Positions 63,490 to 64,000 of a stretch of DNA of 64,000 bases are shown piece after piece. Below the pieces are notes generated by a model that made no database searches, was not told the DNA's origin, and was given only the letters and a program-made list of their open reading frames with translations. The DNA is from Cyanobacteria bacterium LVE1205-1 (GTDB lineage: Bacteria; Cyanobacteriota; Cyanobacteriia; CAIUCS01). The stretch spans positions 2,912,498-2,976,497 of the forward strand of contig CP089922.1 of the NCBI GenBank assembly GCA_041879355.1, written 5' to 3'. The first letter of the stretch is position 1. The number at the start of each line of letters is the position of its first letter. The translations under genes were made by a program, and so were the position numbers.

Positions 63490-64000
63490 CTACCCCATAA
63501 CAGACATACAGTGGCAAAAGATGCTCTTCCCTAGGATGGCAATATCTTGACCCTGAGCTTTACTCCACTCTACTAGCATCTGGGTTCTTTTCTCCTCCGT
63601 ATACCCACGGTTTGAACAAACGTCCATTAACCACTGCTCAAATGAATGATTGAGTTGACAAGACTCAGCAGTATCAGATAAAAAAATGCCTTGAAATTGT
63701 GAAACGAAAACCCTGAACCAATTACTAAGACATGTTGTCGACTCAGCCCCTTGAGGGCACGCCCAATTTTGATGAGATAAGAGGAATCTAGGGTATTTAC
63801 GAGCGACATCTGAACACATGGAATGGTTGCCCCTGGGTACATAATTTTGAGTGGAACGAAAACACCGTGATCAAACCCCCTGGTTGGATCTAGTTTTGCA
63901 TCAATGACCTTAACCACTGGGGAGAATTGTTGCGTCGTCACTGGAATTATGCTCTAGGGTAGAGATACTGGTTACTTCGTACCATACTTGAACCTAGTGC
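63490..64000 (-). CDS. Class III extradiol ring-cleavage dioxygenase (YgiD/DODA-like). Partial (N-terminus beyond the window). Frameshifted.
   Basis: RGFDHGVFVPLKIMYPGATIPCVQMSL and ...LVIGSG..HN, then the 63490-63819 frame (...FEQWLMD...). Confidence 0.5.

Overview
This 64 kb window reads as cyanobacterial chromosomal DNA. The HIP1 octamer GCGATCGC recurs throughout. Photosynthesis-specific genes are present: psbI, psaE, chlI, a flavodiiron protein and a Cry-DASH/photolyase pair. GC content is moderate.

Most of the window is conserved housekeeping or metabolic genes. One group is N-scavenging: an M20 allantoate-amidohydrolase-like gene, allophanate hydrolase, ureD-ureA and an orphan NrtA-like binding protein. 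The rest are menB, pyrE, ndk, rsmG, cobD, cobB, hisZ, hisA, mutY, transporters, glycosyltransferases and an LptD-like outer-membrane protein.

Two things stand out. First, at least about 18 conserved genes are broken exactly at G/C (or A) homopolymer runs of four or more bases. The density and homopolymer specificity argue for systematic sequencing indel errors rather than real pseudogenes. Features below therefore give merged gene spans.

Second, an accessory-like patch lies at about 19.4-24.3 kb. It holds a 5'-truncated IS3-family remnant and a very recent tandem duplication of a gene encoding a coiled-coil plus Hjc-like PD-(D/E)xK nuclease-like protein. The two paralogs differ in the copy number of an in-frame 21-bp repeat. 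Two copies of a roughly 155-bp MITE with 17-bp terminal inverted repeats (TIRs) and 9-bp target-site duplications (TSDs) are also there. A second MITE family (TIR GAGTATCCCAATTTTG...) occurs four times. A 120-bp repeat carrying a Shine-Dalgarno plus start-stop (ATG-TAA) motif occurs twice.

Small genes missed by the ORF track are psbI, a DUF3181-like ORF and possibly a 34-aa membrane peptide. There is one tRNA-Arg(CCG), an IS605 TnpB remnant downstream of the HU gene, and an in-frame TAA splitting allophanate hydrolase into its two domains. No CRISPR array or cas genes were seen.
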